Part shown: positions 48,590-58,210 of the stretch, piece by piece
Layout: each line of letters starts with the position of its first letter
Numbering within the stretch: position 1 is the first letter of the stretch
Sequence record: NC_042136.1
Length of the DNA stretch: 64,000 nt
Strand: one strand, 5' to 3'
The notes under the pieces: model-generated
The model's input: only the letters and a program-made list of their open reading frames with translations
What the model was told of the DNA's origin: nothing
Databases searched by the model: none
Made by a program: the position numbers and the translations under genes

Positions 48590-49560
48590 TGGATCCTTTC
48601 ATCTTTGATTTAGACGAATTAGTTACGGCTATTCGTTATCGTCTACAATGTACTTTAGGTGGTAAAACCACTGACCAAACTTCGGACATTATACGCGGTA
48701 TTTATGAGTCATATCCCTTCACCAGTGATATGATTGATTTACCGGATATGTGTATTGGTTTAGACGATGCTTGGTTAGTGATTAAGTTCCCTAAGAACGA
48801 AGTAGAACTACGTTTGTTCAATAAAGAACCACAGGTCTACTTTACCGCACCTAACAACAACCTTGTTATTTGTTCAGGGGATTGCCCTATTGAGCCATTA
48901 GCTCCGACATGGGTGGTAACTAAATATATGTTCACTCGTCTATACCTTGGTCAGAAACTCCCTGATCAACCATGGCAGGAACAATACGCTCGTTATCCAT
49001 TCAAAGGGGTGTTGCGTTTCAATAGTGGTGAATTTGATCACCCTCAGACTTACTACATGCTGCTACCGTCTGAAGAAGTACGTTACCGTGGCAATCAATC
49101 TTTGAAACCATACAACGTCATGTTCCCTAGTGTGAAACACGAACCGGACTTCATGCAGATCGCTAAACTAGAAGCCTACCGCTTAGCAGAACTGTTGAAT
49201 GACGCTGAGACGTCCGGAGAGGCTTATGAGACGTTCGTTGACTGGTTTAATGCACCACGTTACCCATTATACAAAACAACGCCTGAAGCACGTTTTGGGA
49301 ACGTTACGGTTCAATACCCATTCGATCAACGTGTGTTGTACCGTATCCTTGCGCACCCAGATAAGTACTTCTTATCATCTATCGATTTTGAGAACCCTTT
49401 ACCAAAGTCAATAGAAGCTGAGGAAATCCGAACACTGGATCCCAAGATAGTCAACACGGTAAGAAAGATTAACGAACTGCGTTCGGAACTCGGTCTACCT
49501 AAACAACGCCCTGTGTGGGCTTCTAACGACACCATAGCTCGACTCGTTGATGAGGAATAA
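48589..49560 (+). CDS. hypothetical protein
   Basis: 323 aa, TAATG coupling. Confidence 0.8.
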   Translation: MDPFIFDLDELVTAIRYRLQCTLGGKTTDQTSDIIRGIYESYPFTSDMIDLPDMCIGLDDAWLVIKFPKNEVELRLFNKEPQVYFTAPNNNLVICSGDCPIEPLAPTWVVTKYMFTRLYLGQKLPDQPWQEQYARYPFKGVLRFNSGEFDHPQTYYMLLPSEEVRYRGNQSLKPYNVMFPSVKHEPDFMQIAKLEAYRLAELLNDAETSGEAYETFVDWFNAPRYPLYKTTPEARFGNVTVQYPFDQRVLYRILAHPDKYFLSSIDFENPLPKSIEAEEIRTLDPKIVNTVRKINELRSELGLPKQRPVWASNDTIARLVDEE

Positions 49561-49563
49561 AGA

Positions 49564-50328
49564 ATGTCAAAATCATTGAAAGTAGAACCTACGGTCCAAG
49601 ATAAAGTTTTAAAGGAGCTCCAGTCTTACGCAACTAAGATCAAAACGATTCGTCTTAATGCTGAGCAAGAAATGGCCGAATGGTTAAATGGATTAACACC
49701 AAAGGAATTCAGTTATCTTCCTGAGTCTGTGGGTTGGGAGGTATTAGGTGGTCGCCGTACAATACTGCTCCCTACCACCAAAGCCCAATTAGAGTGGGTT
49801 AATGATTTTGGGTTGATTGCGGTTAAATCTAAGACTCAGCAAGAACTCGATTTAGAAGAGTTATTGAAACTCCACGTTTTAGAATCCTACGTCATTCACG
49901 GATCAATGCAAACCAAAACCCGCATGGCGATTGTTGCTTGGTCTAAAGGTGATTACCCGTACATCTTCGAAGCGGTACGTGGTAAAGAGCGAATGACCGT
50001 ATCGATCATATCTCCGGAAGTCTTAGACCTAGATGCAGAGGAGTTTAATAAACTCTACGTTAATTTCGCTCCTGTCGAGTCTGAACCTTATGACCGTAAA
50101 GAGCTCGATGAGCGTTACGAGGAAGGTCCTACTAATTCAACGGACGAGATGTTCGAAGAAGTCTCTAACGCTGTTCAGGAAGCCGCACGCGAACAAATAG
50201 AACCGGTTATGGGTGAACGTTGTCAATTAGCGACAATGGACAATGGTCGCTACGGTGTTGAGCTGTTTCGAGAGTTCCCTGACCGTGAAGCCGCGGTTGC
50301 GTTTATGAAAGCCCAATTAGAACTATAA
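49564..50328 (+). CDS. hypothetical protein
   Basis: 254 aa. Confidence 0.8.
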   Translation: MSKSLKVEPTVQDKVLKELQSYATKIKTIRLNAEQEMAEWLNGLTPKEFSYLPESVGWEVLGGRRTILLPTTKAQLEWVNDFGLIAVKSKTQQELDLEELLKLHVLESYVIHGSMQTKTRMAIVAWSKGDYPYIFEAVRGKERMTVSIISPEVLDLDAEEFNKLYVNFAPVESEPYDRKELDERYEEGPTNSTDEMFEEVSNAVQEAAREQIEPVMGERCQLATMDNGRYGVELFREFPDREAAVAFMKAQLEL

Positions 50329-50334
50329 GTTAAT

Positions 50335-50368
50335 CTTACCATCCTCCCCTAAGCGGGAGGATGGTAAG
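50335..50368 (+). terminator. intrinsic terminator hairpin
   Basis: 14-bp stem CTTACCATCCTCCC/GGGAGGATGGTAAG. Confidence 0.8.
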
Positions 50369-50382
50369 TATCTCTGCTTTAT

Positions 50383-50430
50383 TTTTTAACATACAGTTTA
50401 TTTCAGATCTATATAGTCTAGGTGTATAAG
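50383..50430 (+). promoter_or_regulatory. early promoter block, copy 2 of identical 48-bp repeat
   Basis: identical to 338-385. Confidence 0.7.
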
Positions 50431-50473
50431 TATACAAGTATTTAATCTACCAACTTTTATTAAGGATACTATT

Positions 50474-50920
50474 ATGTCAAACGAAGCTATGAACAAAATC
50501 CCAGCTAAATTACCACAAGAGCTACGCAACCTTATGAATGAAGACCAACTTAAAACCATGGATGAACTCGATGCTGAAATTGAAAAAGCTCGTGAGACTC
50601 TAAACAATGAACGTAAAGGCTACAACTCTGCTACTCTACTAGGCGGTCTAGTTGGTGCAGCTGGTGTTGCTATTACAACTCGCAGCATCGAAGCAGCGGT
50701 AACAGGTACCGTAGCCGCAGTAGCTGCTTCTTACCTAACTTCAGAAACCAACCGCGAAATCCAAACACTAAAAGACACTGGTATTGGTCTAGCGTCTGGT
50801 GCTACTGGCGCAGGTCTAGGTTTCCTAGGTTCTAAACTTCTTACTCACTTACTAGACGGTACTGGTGAGACTGAAACAACTGACGTTCCAGTAACCACTA
50901 CTGTTACTGAAGAACAATAA
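50474..50920 (+). CDS. glycine-zipper membrane protein with acidic tail (early)
   Basis: LLGGLVGAAGVAITTRSIEAAVTGTVAAVAAS and GIGLASGATGAGLGFLGS; strong codon bias. Confidence 0.8.
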   Translation: MSNEAMNKIPAKLPQELRNLMNEDQLKTMDELDAEIEKARETLNNERKGYNSATLLGGLVGAAGVAITTRSIEAAVTGTVAAVAASYLTSETNREIQTLKDTGIGLASGATGAGLGFLGSKLLTHLLDGTGETETTDVPVTTTVTEEQ

Positions 50921-50961
50921 TTAAATCCCTTTAACATCCCCACAACAGAGAGATATTCATC

Positions 50962-51444
50962 ATGTCAAACAAAGCAAACAACAACCAAGAAATCGAACGT
51001 GTAGAAGCAGCAGTAATGGGTGAAAACACTCAATCATCAGAAGTCGTTTACTCAACTGAACTCGCCGACGAGAACGGTGGACCTACTGAAGCTGAACTTA
51101 ACGATTTCCAAGAGAAACTTAAAGAAGCTGTAGAAACACAAGAAGCAAACGCTAAGGAAGCAAAAGAAACCGTGGAAGCTCTACGTGTTCGTGTAAACCT
51201 TAATCGTGTAGCGGGTGGTCTAGTAGGAACTTTAGCATCCGCTTTAGTAACACGCAACTACAGTGCAGTTGCTAGTGGCGTATGCGCAACCATCGCAGTA
51301 AGTGCTTCGATGGACAATGGACCTAGTGAAGAAGGTGCGTTATACAACACCGGTGTAGGATTCGCAGCTGGATTCACAACAGGTCTATTAGGTGGTACAC
51401 TAACTAACTTCCTAACAGGTTCTGATGAATCTGAAGAAGCATAA
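50962..51444 (+). CDS. glycine-zipper membrane protein, paralogue of previous gene
   Basis: VAGGLVGTLASALVTRNYSAVASGVCATIAVS and GVGFAAGFTTGLLGGTL. Confidence 0.8.
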   Translation: MSNKANNNQEIERVEAAVMGENTQSSEVVYSTELADENGGPTEAELNDFQEKLKEAVETQEANAKEAKETVEALRVRVNLNRVAGGLVGTLASALVTRNYSAVASGVCATIAVSASMDNGPSEEGALYNTGVGFAAGFTTGLLGGTLTNFLTGSDESEEA

Positions 51445-51449
51445 AAGTT

Positions 51450-51490
51450 GGGTGGGGATGTTATGGGTCTACGGACTCATAACTCCATCC
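51450..51490 (+). terminator. intrinsic terminator
   Basis: GTTATGGGTC-TACG-GACTCATAAC stem plus outer pairs and T-run. Confidence 0.7.
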
Positions 51491-51524
51491 TCTTTATTTT
51501 TTTTGTTTAAATCAAGGTTATGAC

Positions 51525-51887
51525 ATGTGTGACGTTTTAAATCATTCAGTTCCTTTTTTATCACTAGCGTTAGATCTAAGTGAGTTGGATGACTTCAAAG
51601 CTAAGCTGCAACAGATCCACGATATGGAGAACCTTCCTTTGGACATCCCGGACGATGTAGGTGAACTTTGTAAACACATACTGTACGGGAAACAATGGTA
51701 CCGAGGTGACTCGGAACTCCCAACCTTAGTGAGTGTCGTGTTCTGGTCTTGGTTATCGATCGATGGAACCATTAAAGGTATACTAGATCGTGCTCGACGT
51801 TATTTCTATTTGTTAGGGGAACTTAACTTTAAGTTCTTTGAACATCTTAATGTGTTGTACCACGACTATAACAAACACAAACAATAA
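51525..51887 (+). CDS. hypothetical protein
   Basis: 120 aa. Confidence 0.65.
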   Translation: MCDVLNHSVPFLSLALDLSELDDFKAKLQQIHDMENLPLDIPDDVGELCKHILYGKQWYRGDSELPTLVSVVFWSWLSIDGTIKGILDRARRYFYLLGELNFKFFEHLNVLYHDYNKHKQ

Positions 51888-51889
51888 TA

Positions 51890-51921
51890 CTTACCTACCG
51901 CCCTAGTGGACGGTAGGTAAG
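51890..51921. terminator. bidirectional terminator hairpin with CCTACC core
   Basis: 11-bp stem CTTACCTACCG/CGGTAGGTAAG between convergent genes. Confidence 0.8.
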
Positions 51922-51939
51922 CTATGTTATTTATTTTTT

Positions 51940-54819
51940 TTATTCTAAATCATCTTCTTCTTCTTCGGTTTCTTCCTCTTGCTCAGATTCTTCAGACTCA
52001 CCGTCTTTTTCTTCTTCGCTAGGTTCTTCCTCAGATTCTTCAGATTCTTCAGACTCACCTTCCGGTGTTTCTTCTTCGTTGAAGTCGTCCTCGAATTCAG
52101 GTTGTTCTTCTTCCGCAGGAGCGTCACCGATTGGATCCCCCTCACCATCAGGATTGTCTTGGAACTCGTCTTCTAACTCCCCTTTCGGTTGTGGCATCAT
52201 CTTGACCAGTTTCTCTGAACGCTTATCGAATTGTTTCTTGTATTCCACCATGAACAACGACAAGTTTTCATTGAAGTAATCCAGATCATTAAGCAGTGAG
52301 TACATGCCACCTTCACGACCTTTGTTGATGATGTCATCGAATGGTGTAGGTACGTTGAACAATTTAAAGGCACGGAAACGAATTACCGCAGCAAACTGTC
52401 TAGCGATTTCATCAGCGTCAATTTCTTCGACATCAACCCCAGCACGTTTCAGTAACGGTTCCATCAAGCCCTTCGTTGCTGACATCTCAATCACTTTCTC
52501 AGCCCAGTCTTCCGCTAATTCCATTTTCTCTTTAATCTTAGTTACAGACTCCATAGTGGTAGGAGCTGGCAACATAACAAAGAAGTTCTGGATAAAGTCA
52601 TTTAAGATAGTCATGACTTTAGTACGATCATCACCTTCAATAGTCGTTTTAGAATCTGGAACCCAAAGGTTCTTAGGTGTATCCATGATGGTGTCGATCA
52701 AGAGGTTCATTACGACTTCGTTTACCATCAAGTTTTTACGGATACAATCAGTTAAGAAATCCCCGAGTTGAGATTGATACATGATCGTTTGGTTACGTAA
52801 TGTTTCTTGTTCTGCTAACGCTTCTACTTGGAAGTTGTTACCGTTCTCATCTCGTTCGTCCAGCCAGCTACGCGGTAAACCAAAGAAGTTAGCGATAGAA
52901 CTTAACAAGTATTGACGAGAATCATCATCCACTCGACGGAAGTTAGTGCGATCCATTTGGTTCAACTGCATTTGAGGTGCGGTGATGAATTTGTTATCAC
53001 CAGCTTCCACACGTACTAACAGTGACTGTTCTTTCAACGCATCTACAATCATCGGCATAGATAACGTCCCAGTGGAGATCAAGTTGTGGACGGTAGGGTT
53101 CGATTTAAAGAACTCATAACGAGCCATACTGATGGTAGAGTCTGGATCCGTATCTTGGGACTCTAACGCTACCACTAACTCATTACGAGTTTGAGCGTTA
53201 TCGAGCTGAGCTAGAGCATCCGCAATATCCAATGCCGCCAGACGAGCGATGAAGTCTTTGGCTTGAGTAGTTAGAGACTCACCGATACCTAAACGGTTAT
53301 GTTGGAACGCCATGTACGTGAAGTAACATTCTGGAATGTACAACACCCGAGTACGTTGTTGTTGGAATGCACGTTCTAGGAACAGTTTCAGTACCGATTC
53401 TTCTAGATCGATAGAGATATCTTCTCCATCACCACCAGAATAAATAGACTGATACAATTCTTTCTCAATCTGAGTTTTCGCCAACATTGCGAATTCAGAC
53501 ATGTCGAAGTCACACTCACCACCTTGTTGAACTTTACGTAGATTAGAAATCAACATGTTGGTAGTCGTACCACCCGGCTTCTCATCGATCTTGCTGTTTT
53601 GTTTAGACAGCGACTGATAGAACTGGTAGTCCTTAGACATTTTCAAGAACTCACCGTTATCATCGATCAACGCATAAGCTCCGCGTAGACGTTTAACGTC
53701 ACCGTGAACGTGAATAGGGATGAAACACTCACTAGGAGGATGATAACCCAACGGAGTACCCCAAGGTGCTTGAGTGTAAACATTAGGCTTACGAATCGAC
53801 TGAGTGTGTTTCGTAGCAAAGTTACGAGCACCCGGCATGATTTGTTGTAACGCTTCTTGTTGAGCTAAGTTCAAGTTCTTGGTTTTAGCACCCGGGTTAG
53901 GTTGTTTCTTCCCTTTCTTAAGATCCGCGTTATCTTTGGAATCCAATACATCACTTTTCTCGAATCGGTTAGAAATGTAATTCTTTAACGACTCGTTACC
54001 TTGGATACGCTCCATGTTAACTTTTAGACGCTGGGTGACGTTACGCATCGCCAAACAACTCACGTTATCCGTTACCGTGATTCCAAAAGATTTGTCAATG
54101 ATAGGAAACTCGTAGTTATCTTCGTCCCCTGCACCCCAAATCGATTCCATACCACCAACTTTAGAAGCATTAGGATTACGAACAAACCCAACGTTCTTAG
54201 CCAGCAATTGTTTGGTTTCTTGATCTTCTTTGAATTCTTTGCGAATACCAGCATCTACTTCTTTACGGTAAGTCTCTGCACTAAAAGCTTCATTACCTTC
54301 AACTAACTGGTTGCCGTTAATCAGGTTATCCAAAGCAGGACGAGTAATGTTTAGCTTAACGTAACTACCACTACCCACCAAAAGGTCTCTAACGATGTCA
54401 GGGAGTTCCTGCTCGATTTTATAGTCGTTAGTGTAGTATTCACTTAAGATCTTTAAAAGACTTTCGTGCATTTTGGTGTTTTTGAATTTAGACGAATTCG
54501 AATCGTACTCTAAGACATTTTTTCTAGCACCGTTAGGGTGTAAGATTAACGTCTTCCAAATGATCTCCGCTTTACTAATGTACGGTGTGATTTTCTTTAA
54601 GTCTACCGTCGCATTAATTGAGTTAGCGATTATATCGCCTAAGCTTTTGAGCTTACGGTTCTGAATACGGCGAAGTTGTTCGTCTTCGTCCCCTCTACCA
54701 GCGGGACGTTCTTCTTCAACTCGTACATTCAAAATAGCTTCTACTGACTTAGGTATTTTCTTCACGTTCTTCCGCAACTCGGTGCGGTCGACACGTGTGT
54801 TACCTCTGTTTCCTGACAT
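51940..54819 (-). CDS. portal protein (phiKZ gp129-like)
   Basis: 959 aa, G-x-E sites at E177, E225, E276, about 80-aa D/E-rich C-tail; size, orientation and neighbours match the phiKZ portal locus as recalled. Confidence 0.65.
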   Translation of the reverse strand: MSGNRGNTRVDRTELRKNVKKIPKSVEAILNVRVEEERPAGRGDEDEQLRRIQNRKLKSLGDIIANSINATVDLKKITPYISKAEIIWKTLILHPNGARKNVLEYDSNSSKFKNTKMHESLLKILSEYYTNDYKIEQELPDIVRDLLVGSGSYVKLNITRPALDNLINGNQLVEGNEAFSAETYRKEVDAGIRKEFKEDQETKQLLAKNVGFVRNPNASKVGGMESIWGAGDEDNYEFPIIDKSFGITVTDNVSCLAMRNVTQRLKVNMERIQGNESLKNYISNRFEKSDVLDSKDNADLKKGKKQPNPGAKTKNLNLAQQEALQQIMPGARNFATKHTQSIRKPNVYTQAPWGTPLGYHPPSECFIPIHVHGDVKRLRGAYALIDDNGEFLKMSKDYQFYQSLSKQNSKIDEKPGGTTTNMLISNLRKVQQGGECDFDMSEFAMLAKTQIEKELYQSIYSGGDGEDISIDLEESVLKLFLERAFQQQRTRVLYIPECYFTYMAFQHNRLGIGESLTTQAKDFIARLAALDIADALAQLDNAQTRNELVVALESQDTDPDSTISMARYEFFKSNPTVHNLISTGTLSMPMIVDALKEQSLLVRVEAGDNKFITAPQMQLNQMDRTNFRRVDDDSRQYLLSSIANFFGLPRSWLDERDENGNNFQVEALAEQETLRNQTIMYQSQLGDFLTDCIRKNLMVNEVVMNLLIDTIMDTPKNLWVPDSKTTIEGDDRTKVMTILNDFIQNFFVMLPAPTTMESVTKIKEKMELAEDWAEKVIEMSATKGLMEPLLKRAGVDVEEIDADEIARQFAAVIRFRAFKLFNVPTPFDDIINKGREGGMYSLLNDLDYFNENLSLFMVEYKKQFDKRSEKLVKMMPQPKGELEDEFQDNPDGEGDPIGDAPAEEEQPEFEDDFNEEETPEGESEESEESEEEPSEEEKDGESEESEQEEETEEEEDDLE

Positions 54820-54839
54820 AACACCCTCTTGGATAAATT

Positions 54840-56948
54840 ATGGAAAATATTGAATTTAACGCCCACGTGGAGAGCGTATTCAGTCTGGTGCGAACACTTG
54901 TTATTAAATGTGAAGCCATTGGTGACACGGATAACAAGTTATTAGCAGACGCGGGTTATCCGGTATCTGAAGATAAACGCCAGTGGCGTTATTATCTCAA
55001 TATGACCGGTGAGTACCACGCGACAGACACCCCGATGTACGTTACCTCTATCGATAACGGTGAATTGATATTGTTCAACAAAAAGAACTTAGACATACAC
55101 TTGGCTACACGCCGGGCGTATCAACCGGGTTCTTATTGGTACAAACAACTATCAGAACAACATCCGGGTCAAATCGACTTAATCAACGGGATTATGGATC
55201 CCATCGATATGGAATACGCCATTGGAGCCGAAGACTATAAGATCCTTCGTTACAACAAAGATCTCATAGAAGACAACGAGGACCAGTTAATCCCTAGCTT
55301 ACAACGCTGGATTAATGCGTACACTCAACGTCACTTCGAATCCGATTACATCCATACCGAAAACTTACAACTCCCTATTGATCTAGCCACGTTATATGGC
55401 TTAATGATTCCCCTTATATTGATCATACGGTTAGAAGCCTTCGGAACTCGTAATGTTTCAGATTACCATATTTGGAATCGATTGAACTCTTACGGGGATT
55501 TCCGTGTCTATCGTAACGGGATTTCAGATCAACAAAAAATGTGGTTGTATCGTAACATCGAATACATCACCAACAACCTAGGTAAAAATTTCACCCTAGA
55601 ACAACTCATCGAAAACTTATTGACACCAGAGTCCATTCCTATTTTCCACTACCGTACTTTGATTAATACGGAAGAAATGGAGAACGCGGGTCAACCTACT
55701 GGTTTGTTCATCAAAGAACGTTTGAACTTTAAAGAACTCGATTACGATACCGGTGAACGATTTACCAACCGTCAGATCATCAACTTAGAAAAACGTATGG
55801 CACGAGATAACGATTTGCTAGCGGATTACTATGAAGAGATCACGACTCCGGATTCTAAAGAGTCCACGCACAATAATCTTTCTACGAAGATCTTAGACTC
55901 TACCATGGAAGATTACACCAACCGTCACGCTGACACGCTCATGAAGACGTTGTATCACGAATGGATATACATGAGTAAGCATGGTCTCTATGACGCCGTG
56001 GTGGACTTCATAGACCCGTTAAACGGGAACCACATTCGTTTGAATACTCGAGACGCGTTGATCTACTGGCAGCTACTAACCCGTAAGCTGCGGGATGAAC
56101 CTTTGGAAGCCATTGACCCGTTTTGGTTCCAAGACGTCATGACTAAGAAACTCCGTTCACATGAAGTCTTCCAAGAAGCAGGTCCGACAGACATCCTTCA
56201 CCACGAAACCGTAGTGGGAATACGCAAACAGTGGCAACCTACCTTAAAGGTTATTTCTCCAGATAAATTCTTCGAGCAATCTTTTGGTATTCACCAAGCT
56301 AAATGGCGAGCTAAGAAGATTTACTCTCAGTTTGATGAATTGCACGAACACGCTTATACCAAAGAGTGTGTGCGCCGTTTGTACGATCACGGACTTTACT
56401 GGTTGCACGATCCTGAACAATTCCCTACGGTCGATGCTTGGTTAGAATCACAAGAACTCAACCTCCATAAATACGGGGAAACGGAACTGATCGAACTGAG
56501 CTGGGATATTTTCTCCAAAGCTACCGGTTGGGACGTTAAGGGAATAGTGTCACTTCGTCAAATCCAAAGTAATCTAGTTTCTTTAATGTCGGAATTAAGT
56601 TCTTACACCATCCAGTTTATCAAAGATATTGATGATGGTAACGAGACCGCAGAAAACACTGACGTTGTTCATCTAGGATTAACCAAAGGCAATAAGGTTA
56701 GTAACAGTGGTGACTATTTATTAACTCCATCTCTACCGGTGTTAATAAAGGCTAGACCGGAACCCGCTTTAGTCACTTCCGTAAAAGCTGAGGATGTACG
56801 CAACCATTTAGAAACGCTAGAGTTCCATATGGCGGGTACGGTGAAAGGTGACGTAGACATTAAACTTAACGAAGTTGTTGCTGATCGAGCAAGTACGATT
56901 CGCATTCCTATTACCGTAGGAGTAAGAGAAGCAACGTGGGCTTATTAA
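54840..56948 (+). CDS. virion/baseplate protein (phiKZ gp128-like)
   Basis: 702 aa, divergent from portal; YYLNMTGEYH motif typical of this conserved jumbo-phage family as recalled. Confidence 0.55.
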   Translation: MENIEFNAHVESVFSLVRTLVIKCEAIGDTDNKLLADAGYPVSEDKRQWRYYLNMTGEYHATDTPMYVTSIDNGELILFNKKNLDIHLATRRAYQPGSYWYKQLSEQHPGQIDLINGIMDPIDMEYAIGAEDYKILRYNKDLIEDNEDQLIPSLQRWINAYTQRHFESDYIHTENLQLPIDLATLYGLMIPLILIIRLEAFGTRNVSDYHIWNRLNSYGDFRVYRNGISDQQKMWLYRNIEYITNNLGKNFTLEQLIENLLTPESIPIFHYRTLINTEEMENAGQPTGLFIKERLNFKELDYDTGERFTNRQIINLEKRMARDNDLLADYYEEITTPDSKESTHNNLSTKILDSTMEDYTNRHADTLMKTLYHEWIYMSKHGLYDAVVDFIDPLNGNHIRLNTRDALIYWQLLTRKLRDEPLEAIDPFWFQDVMTKKLRSHEVFQEAGPTDILHHETVVGIRKQWQPTLKVISPDKFFEQSFGIHQAKWRAKKIYSQFDELHEHAYTKECVRRLYDHGLYWLHDPEQFPTVDAWLESQELNLHKYGETELIELSWDIFSKATGWDVKGIVSLRQIQSNLVSLMSELSSYTIQFIKDIDDGNETAENTDVVHLGLTKGNKVSNSGDYLLTPSLPVLIKARPEPALVTSVKAEDVRNHLETLEFHMAGTVKGDVDIKLNEVVADRASTIRIPITVGVREATWAY

Positions 56949-57277
56949 TACTCATATCACAATGGTATGGTTAACTCATTTATTAGAACAGCAAGTACGA
57001 TTNAGCAAGTACGATTATCTCTACCGGTGTTAATAAAGGCTAGACCGGAACCCGCTTTAGTCACTTCCGTAAAAGCTGAGGATGTACGCAACCATTTAGA
57101 AACGCTAGAGTTCCATATGGCGGGTACGGTGAAAGGTGACGTAGACATTAAACTTAACGAAGTTGTTGCTGATCGAGCAAGTACGATTCGCATTCCTATT
57201 ACCGTAGGAGTAAGAGAAGCAACGTGGGCTTATTAATACTCATATCACAATGGTATGGTTAACTCATTTATTAGAAC
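56729..57277 (+). repeat. 261-bp exact direct repeat separated by 13mer-N-13mer (probable assembly artefact)
   Basis: 56729-56989 equals 57017-57277; spacer AGCAAGTACGATT-N-AGCAAGTACGATT, the 13mer also at 56888-56900 inside the repeat. Confidence 0.9.
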
Positions 57278-57295
57278 GTAAAGGATTCCTTTAAC

Positions 57296-58210
57296 ATGGC
57301 AACCGAAAACGATATTATCAGAGAATCTGATAACTCCCGCGTGCCTGCGCAGATGGTCAGTATTCAGCCAATGGGTACAAACATCATGATCGCTAAGGCG
57401 TGTGACAAACCACTGAACATTCCACCTAACACCACCCTTAACGAACATCACGAAGTAGAAGCTACCAAATCACTCGGCATGAAAAACGGTGGTGACTTCC
57501 GTCTAGGTTACTTCGGTGTGGGGATCAAAGGTTATCAAATCGTAGGTAATCACCCGGTAACACAAATCCCGGTAAACTACACGAACCAACACCAACCGTT
57601 TGACCAAAACTTGTTCTACTCGATTCCGATGTGCGCTCGTCCTTTGGATGACGACTTGACGGAACAAGAACGTGAACCTTACCGTATGCGTACGGTTAAG
57701 ATCATCGATGGTGTTCCTACCGCGTTCTACTGGTTACACACCGTAGGTAGTGATGAATTCATTCCTAAGACCAAACGTGGTTATCGTAACCCATCAACCG
57801 GTAACGAAGTTCCTGAAGATTACGTGTATCGTCCAGAGTCCCTAAACCCGACTCCGATTGCGTTGAACTCTGACGGTACAGTTCCGCTATCTAACTCTTT
57901 CTTGATGTCTTCAGGTTTGTTAGATCTTTCTTTAACAGGTAGTCAGCTAGAAGAACTTCGTAACGTATGTCGTTTGCTGTTCGGTGATCCTAGCTTAGCG
58001 GCAGTCAGCGAATACCAGATCGTGTGGGGAATCGAATCCACTACCGAAGGTCAAGGTGCAGGTGGTACGACTTTCCGTTACAAAGAACTTATCTCAGCAG
58101 TTACTCAATACGTAGTATCAGAACGCCATGCGCGCGACGCCAACGCGAACGGTGAGATCGTATTGAAATTCGACCTAGGCGGAGCATACCCAATGCTCTT
58201 GGAAGAATGA
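57296..58210 (+). CDS. virion/baseplate protein (phiKZ gp127-like)
   Basis: 304 aa; FRLGYFGVGIKG; synteny. Confidence 0.5.
   Translation: MATENDIIRESDNSRVPAQMVSIQPMGTNIMIAKACDKPLNIPPNTTLNEHHEVEATKSLGMKNGGDFRLGYFGVGIKGYQIVGNHPVTQIPVNYTNQHQPFDQNLFYSIPMCARPLDDDLTEQEREPYRMRTVKIIDGVPTAFYWLHTVGSDEFIPKTKRGYRNPSTGNEVPEDYVYRPESLNPTPIALNSDGTVPLSNSFLMSSGLLDLSLTGSQLEELRNVCRLLFGDPSLAAVSEYQIVWGIESTTEGQGAGGTTFRYKELISAVTQYVVSERHARDANANGEIVLKFDLGGAYPMLLEE

Noticed and set aside
54820-54839. 20-bp spacer between divergent portal and baseplate genes as a special switch
   Set aside because: Explained by back-to-back SD sequences with promoters inside coding regions; no further structure seen
56967-57236. 89-aa ORF repeating the C-terminus of the 702-aa protein
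   Set aside because: Lies in the exact duplication spanning an N; most likely assembly artefact
56729-57277. Direct repeat as transposon target duplication or att site
   Set aside because: No transposase or integrase, no inserted element between copies
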